64,000 bases of DNA. Source: an uncultured delta proteobacterium (lineage in GTDB: Bacteria; Desulfobacterota; Binatia; UBA9968). Where the stretch lies: the NCBI GenBank assembly GCA_963755715.1, contig CAVWLW010000045.1, positions 32,001 through 96,000 on the forward strand, read 5' to 3'. A model generated the notes under the pieces. That model worked only from the letters and a program-made list of their open reading frames with translations. It did no database searches and had not been told where the DNA came from. Positions 40,777 to 51,115 of this stretch are shown here, in pieces (positions within the stretch are counted from its first letter, which is position 1; each line of letters starts with the position of its first letter). A program made the position numbers and the translations under genes.

Positions 40777-41253
40777 ATGGCAATGGATCCGCAAGAGCTG
40801 CGCCGCGTGATGGGTCACTTCGCGACCGGTGTAACCGTGATCACCACGGTTGATAAGGCCGGCACGCCGAATGGGTTGACCGCTAACGCTTTCATGTCGC
40901 TTTCACTCGATCCGCCCCTGATCCTGATCAGCGTCGATAAAGGGGCGACCTGCTACGCGTGCTTCGAATTGCAAAACGGCTTTACGGTGAATTTTCTGAG
41001 CGAAGGGCAAGAAGAGATCTCGCGCCGCTTCGCCACCAAAGGAGCCGACAAGTTCGCCGGGCTGCAGTGGCGCGCCGGCAGCAACGGCGCGGCGATCATC
41101 GACGGTGTCTTGGGCTACGTCGAGTGTAAGATTGCTCAATGTCATGATGGCGGCGATCACACCATCGTTGTGGGTGAAATTGTCAATGTGAACGCTATAG
41201 GTGAACGGCCGTTGCTTTTCTTCAAGGGTAAGTATCAGCGCCTACCGAATTAA
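40777..41253 (+). CDS. Flavin reductase (HpaC/DIM6/NTAB family)
   Basis: LRRVMGHFATGVTVIT, SLSLDPPL, GGDHTI..GE, PLLFF.G.Y. Confidence 0.93.
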   Translation: MAMDPQELRRVMGHFATGVTVITTVDKAGTPNGLTANAFMSLSLDPPLILISVDKGATCYACFELQNGFTVNFLSEGQEEISRRFATKGADKFAGLQWRAGSNGAAIIDGVLGYVECKIAQCHDGGDHTIVVGEIVNVNAIGERPLLFFKGKYQRLPN

Positions 41254-41320
41254 GAAGTCCGGGGTCCAGCGTTTGGAATTCAAACTCAAAACACCGGACC
41301 CTGGGACCTAAATCTTTTAA

Positions 41321-42292
41321 CTACGCTCCCAACGCCATCGCGGTAATACAGGGCAGGCCGCTGACGATCGTGCGCGTATCGCCGGACGGATTGAGAGCGA
41401 TCACTTCGCCGTCGGCGGTGGCGATCAACACGCCGTCGCCGTCCGTTGCTGGAGTGATATCGGTAACGCCGCCGGACATTTTTTCCGTAAGCAATTGCCA
41501 ATTGGCACCGTCGGTGGATTTAAAAACTGCGCTGTGCGCCCGGCCGGCGCGCGTCCACGTGCGTGGGCGATCTTGAGTGATTCCTAAATAGAGCGTTCCC
41601 TGATTGTCTTCCGCGAGGGCGTTGCCGTAGGTGCGATTACCCGTCGGCGTGACTTTTTCCCAGTGATTGCCACGGTCGTTGCTGCGTGAAACGCCTTCGC
41701 CGCAAGCGGTCACGACCAAACCGGGGATTCTCTTCGACGGTAAAATCTGATGGATATCAGGATCGGTCAAGCCATCGTTCGCAGTCTGCCAGGTCTGACC
41801 CTCATCATCGCTCACCAGAATTCCCGCAACTTCGATGCCGGCAAAGAGACGGCCACCCTTGGCGTTCTCTTTGGTGAGCACTCGAGTGCGCGCGGGCAAA
41901 TCCGGGTTGGGCGGGAACGTGCCGCCCGCGGCTCCCTGTCGCACGCCTTTCAATTCCTGCCAGCCGCCTCCCTCGGCCGTGAAATACAGCGCCGCCGGCA
42001 TAGTTCCGACGAGGAGCTTGCCCGATAGGGCGAGCATCGACGACATCGTCAAGCACGGCACGTTGGGATTGGCCCGTGTCCAGTCTTTGCCGCCGTCGTC
42101 GGTCACAAACATGCCTGAATGCTCGGTGCCGATATAAACGCGCCTGGAATTATCCGGATCGACTTGGATACAACTCATCTGCCAATAGGTGAGAGCGCGA
42201 TCCGCCTGCTCCCAGTTTTCACCACGCCGCTCAAAGCGATACCAGCCCGAATGAGTCGCTAAATGCAGAGCGTTTTTTTCTTGAGCTTCCAT
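41321..42292 (-). CDS. BNR/Asp-box repeat beta-propeller protein
   Basis: Repeated S/T.D.G..W Asp-boxes (TDDGGKDW, SDDEGQTW, SNDRGNHW, STDGANW); no signal peptide. Confidence 0.8.
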   Translation of the reverse strand: MEAQEKNALHLATHSGWYRFERRGENWEQADRALTYWQMSCIQVDPDNSRRVYIGTEHSGMFVTDDGGKDWTRANPNVPCLTMSSMLALSGKLLVGTMPAALYFTAEGGGWQELKGVRQGAAGGTFPPNPDLPARTRVLTKENAKGGRLFAGIEVAGILVSDDEGQTWQTANDGLTDPDIHQILPSKRIPGLVVTACGEGVSRSNDRGNHWEKVTPTGNRTYGNALAEDNQGTLYLGITQDRPRTWTRAGRAHSAVFKSTDGANWQLLTEKMSGGVTDITPATDGDGVLIATADGEVIALNPSGDTRTIVSGLPCITAMALGA

Positions 42293-42375
42293 GCCAGCCT
42301 CCGAGTGAAATAAGCATGTCGTCGAATTAATCAGAGCATACGTCGGGTGAGAAACCTAGGTCAAGGGAGAAGAGA

Positions 42376-42401
42376 GGGCAGACACGAAGGTCTGCCCCTA
42401 C
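42376..42401 (-). repeat. GTAG-type REP hairpin
   Basis: Minus strand reads GTAGGGGCAGAC-cttcgt-GTCTGCCC. Confidence 0.7.
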
Positions 42402-42519
42402 GAATACGTTAAACCTACACTGAATCACCACCCGAGAAAGCTTTTAGTTGCACCGATTAAAGCGATGCTTTATAAAATGACATTATCGTGTTTTTTTAGA
42501 AAGGACTCGGTGACGACGC

Positions 42520-43698
42520 GTGGAATTTCAGCGGATTAAGCGGCTTCCGCCCTACGTTTTCAGCATCATCGATGGCATGAAGATGGAGGCGCGGCATCGG
42601 GGCGAAGACATCGTCGACTTCGGCATGGGCAACCCGGATTTGCCCACACCGCCACACGTGGTGGCGAAGCTGATCGAGGCCGCTAGCAAGCCGGCGAATC
42701 ACCGCTACTCGGTGTCGCGCGGCATCTACAAACTACGCGTCGCGATCACCGATTGGTACAGGCGCCGGTACCAGGTCGATCTCGACCCCGACAGCGAAGC
42801 GATCGTCACGATCGGCGCGAAGGAGGGACTATCTCACCTCGCTTGGGCAACCATCGATCCGGGCGATGTCGTTCTCTGTCCCAGCCCGACTTATCCGATT
42901 CACCAATACGCCGTGGTGCTTGCCGGCGGCGATCTACGCTGCATCCCGTTGACCACCAGCGAAGCTTTTTTCGGCCACCTGGAAGAGGCGATTCGCCAGA
43001 CCTGGCCCAAACCGAAAATGCTGATCATCAGCTTTCCGCACAACCCGACGACGCAGGTTGTCGAGCGCGATTTTTTTGAGCGGGTCGTCAGGACCGCTCA
43101 GGAGCATGGCTTCCTCGTCGTGCACGATCTTGCCTATGCCGATCTGACCTTCGACGGTTACGAAGCGCCGAGTTTTCTCCAAGTGCCGGGCGCCAAAGAG
43201 GTCGGCGTGGAATTTTTCTCCTTGTCGAAAAGCTACAACATGCCCGGCTGGCGCGTCGGTTTTTGCGTCGGCAATAGGGAAATCATTCACGCCCTGGCGC
43301 GCATCAAGAGCTACCTCGATTACGGCATTTTTCAGCCGATCCAGATCGCCGCGATCCAAGCTCTGAACGGCCCGCAAGATTGCGTCGAGGATATTCGCTT
43401 GATGTATCAGAAGCGGCGCGATTCCTTGATCGAAGGCCTGGACCGAGGCGGTTGGCACATTCCCAAGCCGAAGGGCACGATGTTTGTTTGGGCCGAGATT
43501 CCCGAGCCGGCGAAAAAAATGGGCTCAGTCGAGTTTTCCAAATATTTGCTTCAGGAAGCCCAAGTGGCCGTGTCGCCGGGCATCGGCTTCGGCCAGTACG
43601 GCGACGAGCACGTCCGTTTCGCGCTGATCGAAAACGAACATCGCACCAAGCAGGCCGTGCGCAAAATCAAACGGGCGCTCGGAAAACTGCTCGATTAG
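42520..43698 (+). CDS. alaC: PLP-dependent aminotransferase class I, AlaC/YfdZ type
   Basis: [51 protein letters not shown]. Confidence 0.85.
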   Translation: MEFQRIKRLPPYVFSIIDGMKMEARHRGEDIVDFGMGNPDLPTPPHVVAKLIEAASKPANHRYSVSRGIYKLRVAITDWYRRRYQVDLDPDSEAIVTIGAKEGLSHLAWATIDPGDVVLCPSPTYPIHQYAVVLAGGDLRCIPLTTSEAFFGHLEEAIRQTWPKPKMLIISFPHNPTTQVVERDFFERVVRTAQEHGFLVVHDLAYADLTFDGYEAPSFLQVPGAKEVGVEFFSLSKSYNMPGWRVGFCVGNREIIHALARIKSYLDYGIFQPIQIAAIQALNGPQDCVEDIRLMYQKRRDSLIEGLDRGGWHIPKPKGTMFVWAEIPEPAKKMGSVEFSKYLLQEAQVAVSPGIGFGQYGDEHVRFALIENEHRTKQAVRKIKRALGKLLD

Positions 43699-43736
43699 GC
43701 TTCGAATAATCTCTCGGTCATTTCAGACCCATTGTC

Positions 43737-45134
43737 ATGGCATCAGCGAATAAACCGCGTACAGTCGGCATCGGCCTGCTTGGCTCAGGCGTGGTTGGCG
43801 AAGCCATCCAGGATATTCTTTTTCACGACCTCAAGGGCCAGACCGGCCAAGCCGCCAATGGTGTCGAGCTCGAGATCCGCAAAGTTTACACGCGCAATCC
43901 CAAAGGCAAAAAATGGTTCGGCAAAAATAAGGCGCTGTTCACCAGCCGGGCCGAAGAGGTGCTCGATCATCCCGGCGTCGATATCGTGATCGAAGCATTG
44001 GGTTTTCAGTCAGCGGCGCAGTTGGCGCTGTTTCGCGATTATATCCTGCGCGCCTTCCGGAACGGTAAATCGGTCGTCACTTCCGATAAAGCCGTGCTCG
44101 CCCGCTACGGCAAAGAGATCTGGGCAGCGGCAAAGCGAACCGGCCAGCAGCTTCGCTTCGAGGCTTGCGTCGGCGGCGGCATTCCGGTGATTCGTTCGCT
44201 CAGCGAAAGCTTCGCCATCGAAGAACCCGAAGCGATTTTCGGCATCGTCAACGGCACCTGCAACTATATTCTGTCGCAGATGGAAAAAAGCGGTAAACCT
44301 TACGCCGAGGCGCTCAAAGAAGCGCAACAGAAAGGCTACGCGGAAACCAATCCGGCGTCCGACGTGAACGGCAGTGACGCCGAGGCCAAGTTGCTTTTAC
44401 TCAGTTTGGTCGGCTTCGGCTTGCAGCTCCAACCCGGCCAAATCTGGCGCAAGGGAATCGAAGATATTCAAGCGGTCGATTTTCGCTACGCCGGCCGTAT
44501 CGGCAACAGCACCATCAAGCAGCTCGCGGTGGCGCGGCGAAGAGGGCCGGCGGTGCAGGTTTTCGTTTCGCCCGCCTTGGTACCGGGAGAGAATTTTCTG
44601 GCGAGCATCGACGGCGCAACCAACGCCGTCTGTTTCGCCGGCAAAAGCAGCAGCGCCGGGCGCGGCGAACGGGACTGCGATTATGTTTTAGTCGGCCCGG
44701 GGGCCGGCGGTGGTCCGACCGCGGTGGCAGTTCTCGGGGATGTTTGCGAGCTGGCGCGGGGCGAGCGCAAATTCAGCGGGGCGCCCAGTCTGATTCGGCC
44801 GGGGCTGCTGAAGCTGCAAGCGGAAAATGACATCAACGTGCCGTTTTATGTGCGCTTCGTGGTCCAAGACCGTGCCGGCATCGTCGGCGACATCGGCCGG
44901 GTCTTCGGCCGCATTGGCGTGAACATTTCAGAAATTTGGCAGCTTCGGCATGTCGAAGAAGAGATCGAGAGCTTGAAGCAAAGTTATCGGCTCAAGCAAA
45001 AACACCACGAGATTTTGCCTTTCGTCATGACTTTGGAGCGCACCTCCTTGCGTCAAATGCGCAGGGCTCTGGATTCGATTCGCAATCGAGATTATATCTT
45101 GATGGAGCCGGTGTGGTTTCCCATCTGGCAGTGA
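43737..45134 (+). CDS. hom: Homoserine dehydrogenase with C-terminal ACT domain
   Basis: GLLG.G.VG, FEACVGGGIPVI, GIVNGTCNYIL, AQ..GYAE..P..DV.G.D, GPGAGG.PTA.AV.GD. Confidence 0.92.
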   Translation: MASANKPRTVGIGLLGSGVVGEAIQDILFHDLKGQTGQAANGVELEIRKVYTRNPKGKKWFGKNKALFTSRAEEVLDHPGVDIVIEALGFQSAAQLALFRDYILRAFRNGKSVVTSDKAVLARYGKEIWAAAKRTGQQLRFEACVGGGIPVIRSLSESFAIEEPEAIFGIVNGTCNYILSQMEKSGKPYAEALKEAQQKGYAETNPASDVNGSDAEAKLLLLSLVGFGLQLQPGQIWRKGIEDIQAVDFRYAGRIGNSTIKQLAVARRRGPAVQVFVSPALVPGENFLASIDGATNAVCFAGKSSSAGRGERDCDYVLVGPGAGGGPTAVAVLGDVCELARGERKFSGAPSLIRPGLLKLQAENDINVPFYVRFVVQDRAGIVGDIGRVFGRIGVNISEIWQLRHVEEEIESLKQSYRLKQKHHEILPFVMTLERTSLRQMRRALDSIRNRDYILMEPVWFPIWQ

Positions 45135-45164
45135 GGCACAAGCCATCAAGGCGGAATTGCTCAA

Positions 45165-46385
45165 GTGAAATATATCATTCTTCAAGGCGATGGGATGGCG
45201 GATTATCCGCTCGACGTACTCGGCGGCAAGACGCCATTGGAAGCGGCGCGTACGCCCAACATGGATTGGCTTGCGCAGCACGGCGTCTACGGCATCGCGC
45301 ATGTGATCCCCGCCGGTTTTCCTCCGGGCAGCGACGTCGGCAACATGAGCATCATGGGCTACGACCCAGCGCTCTATCATACCGGCCGCTCGCCGCTCGA
45401 AGCCGCTAGTATGGGGGTAGCGCTCGGGCCGAAGGACATCGCGTTTCGCTGTAATCTTGTGACGCTCGGCGGCGCCGGCGATGAAACTTTCATGGAGGAT
45501 TTCACCACCGGCCATATTTCGACCGAAGAAGCCGCGGCGATTATCGGTGACCTCGGACGCGAGCTCGGTGGTGACGGCATCGAGTTTTTTGCCGGAGTAA
45601 GTTACCGCCATTTGATGGTCTGGCGTGACGGTAAAGAGAAAATGACCACCACGCCGCCGCACGATATCACCGATCAGAAAATTGCCCCGTATATGCCTAA
45701 GGGCGACGGCGCGGCGCGCTTGCTGGAGCTCATGCAAGCTTCCCAGCCGATATTGGCAAACCACCCCGTAAACAAAAAACGCCATGCTGAAGGACACCGC
45801 CAAGCGACGACGATCTGGCTCTGGGGACAGGGGAGAGCCCCGCAACTGCCGCCGTTGACCGAACGATTCGGCATCAAAGGCGGGGTGATTTCCGCGGTCG
45901 ATATCATCCATGGTCTGGGTGTCTACGCCGGACTGGAGCGCATCGACGTGCCGGGCATCACCGGGTTTCTCGATACCAATTACGTCGGTAAGGGTGAGTA
46001 CGGCGTGCGCTCGCTGGAAAAAAACGACTTGGTCTTTATTCACGTCGAAGCCACGGACGAAGCCGGGCACATGGGCGACGTGGAAAAGAAGATTCAAGCG
46101 CTCGAAGACTTCGACGAAAAAGTTGTCGGCACCGTATTGAAAGGCATGGCGGCGCGCAAGGATTATCGGATTCTTTTGATGCCGGACCATCCGACCGCGA
46201 TCATCCTCAAGACGCACGTCGCCGATCCAGTGCCGTTCGTTTTGTATTCGGCCGAAGCGCCGCAAAATAACGGCAACGTCGGCTACAACGAGAAAGACGC
46301 GCTGAAAACCGGTATTGTGGCAAAGAAGGCTCATCGACTGATGGAAGCGCTGATCGAAGGGAGGCCCACGTGGACCGAAATCTAG
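45165..46385 (+). CDS. apgM: Cofactor-independent phosphoglycerate mutase ApgM family (proposed homoserine kinase subgroup)
   Basis: GDGMAD, TPLEAA.TPNMD, PGSDV, GRSPLEA, HVEA.DEAGH, PDHPT. Confidence 0.88.
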   Translation: MKYIILQGDGMADYPLDVLGGKTPLEAARTPNMDWLAQHGVYGIAHVIPAGFPPGSDVGNMSIMGYDPALYHTGRSPLEAASMGVALGPKDIAFRCNLVTLGGAGDETFMEDFTTGHISTEEAAAIIGDLGRELGGDGIEFFAGVSYRHLMVWRDGKEKMTTTPPHDITDQKIAPYMPKGDGAARLLELMQASQPILANHPVNKKRHAEGHRQATTIWLWGQGRAPQLPPLTERFGIKGGVISAVDIIHGLGVYAGLERIDVPGITGFLDTNYVGKGEYGVRSLEKNDLVFIHVEATDEAGHMGDVEKKIQALEDFDEKVVGTVLKGMAARKDYRILLMPDHPTAIILKTHVADPVPFVLYSAEAPQNNGNVGYNEKDALKTGIVAKKAHRLMEALIEGRPTWTEI

Positions 46386-47320
46386 CTCTGGAAGCTGTCC
46401 GAGTAACCGAGGCCGCGGCGCTCAACTGCGCGCACTGGACCGGTCGCGGCGATGAGAAGGCCGCCGATCAGGCGGCGGTCGACGCTATGCGTAAGGCTTT
46501 CGACGCCCTCCCGATCGACGGCACCGTGGTGATCGGCGAAGGCGAGCGCGACGAAGCGCCGATGCTCTATATCGGCGAAAAAGTCGGCTCAGGCGGGCCG
46601 AAAGTCGACATTGCCCTCGATCCGCTCGAGGGCACGACGATCTGTGCCACCGGAGCGCCTAACGCGCTCGCCGTGATCGCCATGGCCGACGGCGGCAATC
46701 TGCTTCATTGCCCGGATACCTACATGTCCAAGATCGCCGCCGGTCCGGTCGGTAACGGGGTGATCGACCTCGATAAATCGCCGACTGAAAATCTCCATGC
46801 CCTGGCGGAAGCGAAGCGTTGCAAGGTCGAGGATCTAACAGTGATCATCTTATCGCGCCCACGTCATGAAGCGCTCATCGCGGAAGTACGCAAAGCCGGC
46901 GCGCGTATTCGGTTGATCGGCGACGGCGACGTTTCGGCCGCGATTGCCACGACCAAACCCGAAACGGGCATCGATTTGCTTATGGGCATCGGCGGCGCGC
47001 CGGAAGGCGTATTGGCCGCGGCGGCGCTGCGCTGCATCGGCGGCGCGTTTCAAGGGCGTCTGGCGCCGCGCAACGATGAAGAAATCGAGCGGGCGAAAAA
47101 GATGGGCGTTGCGGACATTAAGAAAAAATTTCGGATCGACGAGCTTGCCGCCGGCGACGTCATGTTTGCCGCCACCGGCGTCACGGACGGCGACTATCTG
47201 CGCGGCGTGCACTTTTTCACCGGCGGCGCGACCACCCAATCGGTGGTGATGCGCTCCAAGACTAAAACGGTTCGGGTCATCAATGCGACCCATTATTTCG
47301 AGCATAAGCCCAATTACTAA
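46370..47320 (+). CDS. glpX: Fructose-1,6-bisphosphatase class II
   Basis: VRVTEAAA, GTVVIGEGERDEAPMLYIGE, DPLEGT, DGDV, GIGGAPEGV, FAATGVTDG. Confidence 0.96.
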   Translation: MDRNLALEAVRVTEAAALNCAHWTGRGDEKAADQAAVDAMRKAFDALPIDGTVVIGEGERDEAPMLYIGEKVGSGGPKVDIALDPLEGTTICATGAPNALAVIAMADGGNLLHCPDTYMSKIAAGPVGNGVIDLDKSPTENLHALAEAKRCKVEDLTVIILSRPRHEALIAEVRKAGARIRLIGDGDVSAAIATTKPETGIDLLMGIGGAPEGVLAAAALRCIGGAFQGRLAPRNDEEIERAKKMGVADIKKKFRIDELAAGDVMFAATGVTDGDYLRGVHFFTGGATTQSVVMRSKTKTVRVINATHYFEHKPNY

Positions 47321-47350
47321 AATCCCAGCTTCGGCCGATCAGCGCTAAAA

Positions 47351-47623
47351 GTGGCGACCCGAAAGCGCAAGAAGCGTAGCCGGCTGAGGACGCTGCTCTT
47401 CTATATTCTGTTTCCGCTGGTCGTCTGGTTTGTCGCCTTTCTTTTATGGTTTTACTGGCGCGACGTCAGCGCTTGGTTCAGCAAGGGCGACGCGCCGGTA
47501 AATCCTCCCGTCAGGGTCCAGCCGCGCGAGCGCAGCGACACAGCGCCGACAAAGCGTGCGCCGGAAAAAATCCTCGAAGAAGACCGTAGAAAATTAGATG
47601 AAATACTTAAACGCCGCGGCTGA
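47351..47623 (+). CDS. Small single-pass membrane protein
   Basis: Basic N-terminus, one TM helix, charged tail EKILEEDRRKLDEILK. Confidence 0.65.
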   Translation: MATRKRKKRSRLRTLLFYILFPLVVWFVAFLLWFYWRDVSAWFSKGDAPVNPPVRVQPRERSDTAPTKRAPEKILEEDRRKLDEILKRRG

Positions 47624-47679
47624 CGATCTTGGCAAGCTCAAGCGTATGGGCTTGCAATTCGAGGTGGTGGTTCAGTTTG

Positions 47680-47781
47680 AGAAAGATCTCTCACGGAGTC
47701 TACCCTGAGTCTCTCCGAAGGGTTCGAGATGACAAATACTTATTTAGTTGTCATTTCGAGCGGGAGCGAGAAATCTTTCTC
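47680..47781. repeat. Back-to-back halves of the TGTCAT element
   Basis: GAAAGATCTCTC...TTCGAGATGACA, spacer, TGTCATTTCGAGCG..AGCGAGAAATCTTTC. Confidence 0.65.
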
Positions 47782-47878
47782 GATGTTAAGACTCACGGCA
47801 GATCTAAAATAAACCACTACCCCATTGGGGCATGTTTGAGGCCGGCTTGCGGCGATGTTATCTTACTCAGCGACTGAT

Positions 47879-49054
47879 ATGAATTTCTGGCGTAACATAG
47901 CTAAACCGATCATCGGACTCGCGCCGATGGACGGCGTCACCGACGCGTCGTTTCGCTACATCACGGCCAAACATGGCGCGCCCGACGTGACGCTGACCGA
48001 GTTCGTCAATATCCAGTCGGCATTTCATTCGCCGCACACGCTGATCAAAGATTTCATCTATTCTGAAATAGAGCGTCCCGTGGTCGCGCAGATTTACGGC
48101 AAGACACCAGAGCTCTTTTACAAGGTCGCTCATATCGTCTGCGAGCTCGGCTTTGACGGTCTGGACATCAATATGGGTTGTCCGGCGAAAAAAGTCGCGG
48201 CCAGCGGTTGCGGCGCGGCGCTCATACGCACGCCCGAGTTGGCGCGCGAAATCATCCGCGCGGCGCGGCGCGGGATCCAAGATTGGCGCGATGGCCAAAC
48301 GCTGGCAGATCTGGCTTTGCCTGCCGAAGTGATCGAGCAGATCGAAGCGGCGAATCGCCGGCGGAGCGGCTGGACAAGGCCGATCGAGCGGCGCGCAATT
48401 CCAGTATCGGTAAAGACCCGTCTTGGCTACGACCGGGTGGTGATCGAAGATTGGTTGAGCACGCTGTTGGAAGAAGATATTGCGGTCGTCTCACTGCATG
48501 GGCGCACCCTGGCCCAAGGCTACAAAGGCGGCGCCGATTGGGACGCCATCGCACGCGCCGTCAAGATCGCTGAGAACTCGGGCACTTTGATTCTAGGTAA
48601 CGGCGACGTGCAAGACATGCGTGATGTCTGCCGGCGCGTGCGCGAGACCGGCGTCGATGGCGTGTTGATCGGACGAAGCGCTCAGGGCGCGCCGTGGCTG
48701 TTCCGAAACAAGCAGGCCGTCAAGCAAGCGCTCAGCTCCGGCGGTGACTTTTTATTGGAAGAGACGCCGGTTTCCCTTGATGAAAGATTTCAAATCATCG
48801 TCGAGCACAGCGAGCATTTTGAACGGCTCTGCGAGTCCTCACGCTTTGTGGCTATGCGCAAACACCTTACTTGGTACTGCCGCAATTTTCGCGGCGCTGC
48901 CGAGATGCGCGCGCAGATGACTCGGGCCAGCAACGCCGCCGAGGTGCGCCGCACTCTGGCGGATTTTCTAACGCGTGGCGAGGAAGTTCACGCGGGCTCG
49001 CCCGCAGTTCACATGTACCCAGCCCAGCCGGCAATGCTTTCCGTTTCAGCTTGA
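47879..49054 (+). CDS. dus: tRNA-dihydrouridine synthase
   Basis: LAPMDGVTD, DINMGCP, PVSVKTRLG, HGRT, GNGD, DGVLIGR, MRKHL.WY. Confidence 0.93.
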   Translation: MNFWRNIAKPIIGLAPMDGVTDASFRYITAKHGAPDVTLTEFVNIQSAFHSPHTLIKDFIYSEIERPVVAQIYGKTPELFYKVAHIVCELGFDGLDINMGCPAKKVAASGCGAALIRTPELAREIIRAARRGIQDWRDGQTLADLALPAEVIEQIEAANRRRSGWTRPIERRAIPVSVKTRLGYDRVVIEDWLSTLLEEDIAVVSLHGRTLAQGYKGGADWDAIARAVKIAENSGTLILGNGDVQDMRDVCRRVRETGVDGVLIGRSAQGAPWLFRNKQAVKQALSSGGDFLLEETPVSLDERFQIIVEHSEHFERLCESSRFVAMRKHLTWYCRNFRGAAEMRAQMTRASNAAEVRRTLADFLTRGEEVHAGSPAVHMYPAQPAMLSVSA

Positions 49055-49066
49055 TCCGATTCCTTC

Positions 49067-49693
49067 ATGGGTTTGATCCTTGCTTCGACTTCGCCGCGGC
49101 GCCGAGAGATTTTGGCGCTGCTCGGCGCGCCTTTTGAAGTTATCGCGCCGGAATTCGATGAAACGCTCAGCGCTGATTTATCGATCGAAGACGAAGTGCT
49201 CCAATTCGCCGCCGGCAAGGCGCGTTCGGTGGCCCGCGGCAGGGCGCAAAGCGTCGTCATCGGTAGCGACACGATGATCGGTCTCGACGGCGGAAAAATC
49301 GGCAAGCCCGCGGACCTCGCCGATGCCGCGCGGATTTTACGTTCGCTTGCCGGCAAAACCCACATCATTTACACCGCCGTCGCGATTGTCGACGATAATG
49401 GACCGGGCCTTACAACGCTCGAAAAAGTCTCGGTCGAAATGCGCGCCTACACGGAGCGAGAGATCGAACAATATCTTTCTTGCGGCGAATCCCTTGACAA
49501 GGCGGGCGCCTATTCGATTCAAGGGGACGGGAGCCGGCTGATCAAATCGATCCGCGGCGATTATCTCGCCGCCGTCGGCATGCCTTTAAAGCCTATCGCC
49601 GCGTATTTGAAAAGCCGGGGCATATCATTTCATCGGGATGTGGAAAAACTCTATCGTGAAAAATCCTTCATGAACTGGTCGTGGTTCGCTTGA
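49067..49693 (+). CDS. maf: Maf family nucleoside triphosphate pyrophosphatase
   Basis: LILAS.SPRR.E.L, GSDT, GKP, DKAGAY.IQG. Confidence 0.93.
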   Translation: MGLILASTSPRRREILALLGAPFEVIAPEFDETLSADLSIEDEVLQFAAGKARSVARGRAQSVVIGSDTMIGLDGGKIGKPADLADAARILRSLAGKTHIIYTAVAIVDDNGPGLTTLEKVSVEMRAYTEREIEQYLSCGESLDKAGAYSIQGDGSRLIKSIRGDYLAAVGMPLKPIAAYLKSRGISFHRDVEKLYREKSFMNWSWFA

Positions 49694-49738
49694 ACTTCGC
49701 TGTTGTGGTGTGAGCGCGGACAAATCTGCGCACCGGAC

Positions 49739-50370
49739 TCATCGTCCTTCGGTGCGCACCGTAATTTGAGTTGCCGCCACTGCACCGTCTGGACTTTGGG
49801 CTCCTTGCAACGACACCTCGACGCCATTTTTGAGCGCGCTTCGATCGCTGCGGACCCGTTTAACGAGTGGAATGTTCGGCGGCACCAAGACTTTGACTGC
49901 GCCGTCTTTGTATTTGAGGCTGACAGCCTGCCTTTGATGTCTTTAATCTCGACGTCCTCGACGTGTTCGACGTTGGCGTTGGTCATCGTCGCGCCGCTCT
50001 GGGGCGCCGAGCCCAGGGGGCGATGCCCCTCCCCCGTACCGCGCTGATCCTCAGAGAAAACATGAACCTCCGAGGCTAGAAAAGTCCCGTCGGCCTGCTT
50101 GGTCGCGGTAGTGCCCAGGTACATTCCCGAACTGATCTCCGAGAGCTGGATCGGCGCTTCGGCGCGAATCACGGTCTTATCGGTCAATATCGTCTTCACA
50201 TCGCCATTGGCACTGCTCACGATCAGCTCTTGGCCTGTCAGGGAAGCGATTTTGCCTCTAACAGCTATTGTCGCCGGTTGAGCAAAGCTGGATGCCGGGG
50301 ACGTGAGAAACACCCCCATCAAAGCCACTAGCAATGGTATTTTGCCGTGGTGAACCGTCGTTCGTTTCAT
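49739..50370 (-). CDS. Secreted tandem OB-fold (DUF5666-like) protein (frameshift ~49922)
   Basis: Signal peptide; ASEVHVF....RGTGEGHRP and MTNANV. The shifted frame continues SLKYKDGAVKVLVPPNIP to a stop at 49739. Confidence 0.7.
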
Positions 50371-50618
50371 CGTGCTTCCTCCTCGAGTCGCTATACTTCA
50401 CCACGGCAATCGCCGCAAGGAGGCTGAGAGCTGTTTTTCTTGGGCGATTAGAAAATGGCTTGGCCGTTACGAGGAATAACTGCCGACGGATGGGCGATTT
50501 CTGGCCTGATGCGACAAATTTTGTTCAGCTCTATGAGCCTATTTACGTTTATTTTGGCGTTTCTTTCATCACTGACGACTGGTATGAAGCTTGCTCTATC
50601 GATCTCGGTAAGATTGCC

Positions 50619-50813
50619 ATGAAGCCACTAAATAACTATTCAAGCCCCGATCAGAACTGGCAATGGCCCGAGAAAACCTGGTTCCGTGAGCGCCTTAATG
50701 CGATCAAAGCTCGCGAACATGAGCAGCGTCGCAAACCGGCGGTTGGGAACCAGACAACCCAGGGGGCCAGCGAACCAGCCAATCCCGAAAAGGGTCCATT
50801 GAAAGCTGATTGA
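50619..50813 (+). CDS. Possible small hypothetical protein
   Basis: 64-codon ORF MKPLNNYSSPDQNWQWPEKTWFRERL...; no clear RBS and no recognisable family. Confidence 0.3.
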   Translation: MKPLNNYSSPDQNWQWPEKTWFRERLNAIKAREHEQRRKPAVGNQTTQGASEPANPEKGPLKAD

Positions 50814-51115
50814 GCGATCAAATCGCTCTCCAGTTTTCTTTCAGTTCCTTTCTCCTAACTTGTCCGTCCACTGCCGGAACCCGTGCCGGTATTTCCCAAA
50901 GCCGCCCGCAAGCCGGCAATAAATTTTGTCGCGAGCCATCGTCCCAATCCTAGGGATTTGTTGCGGAAGATCGACGCCCTCCTTGCGCCATGCTCTGGCA
51001 AGCGGAAACCCGCTGTCTATCGAACGGGCTGAATGTCTATTATTTCACTTGTATTTTTGCGCCTGGGAATGTAAGCGATGCTAAATTTACCGATACCGGA
51101 GCGGAGGTATTAGCG

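Noticed and set aside
19634-46334. Long antisense or alternate-frame ORFs (e.g. 19634-20827, 34113-35261, 38077-39120, 44928-46334; also 8319-9239)
   Set aside because: They shadow well-supported genes, lack motifs and RBSs, and are expected in GC-rich coding DNA.
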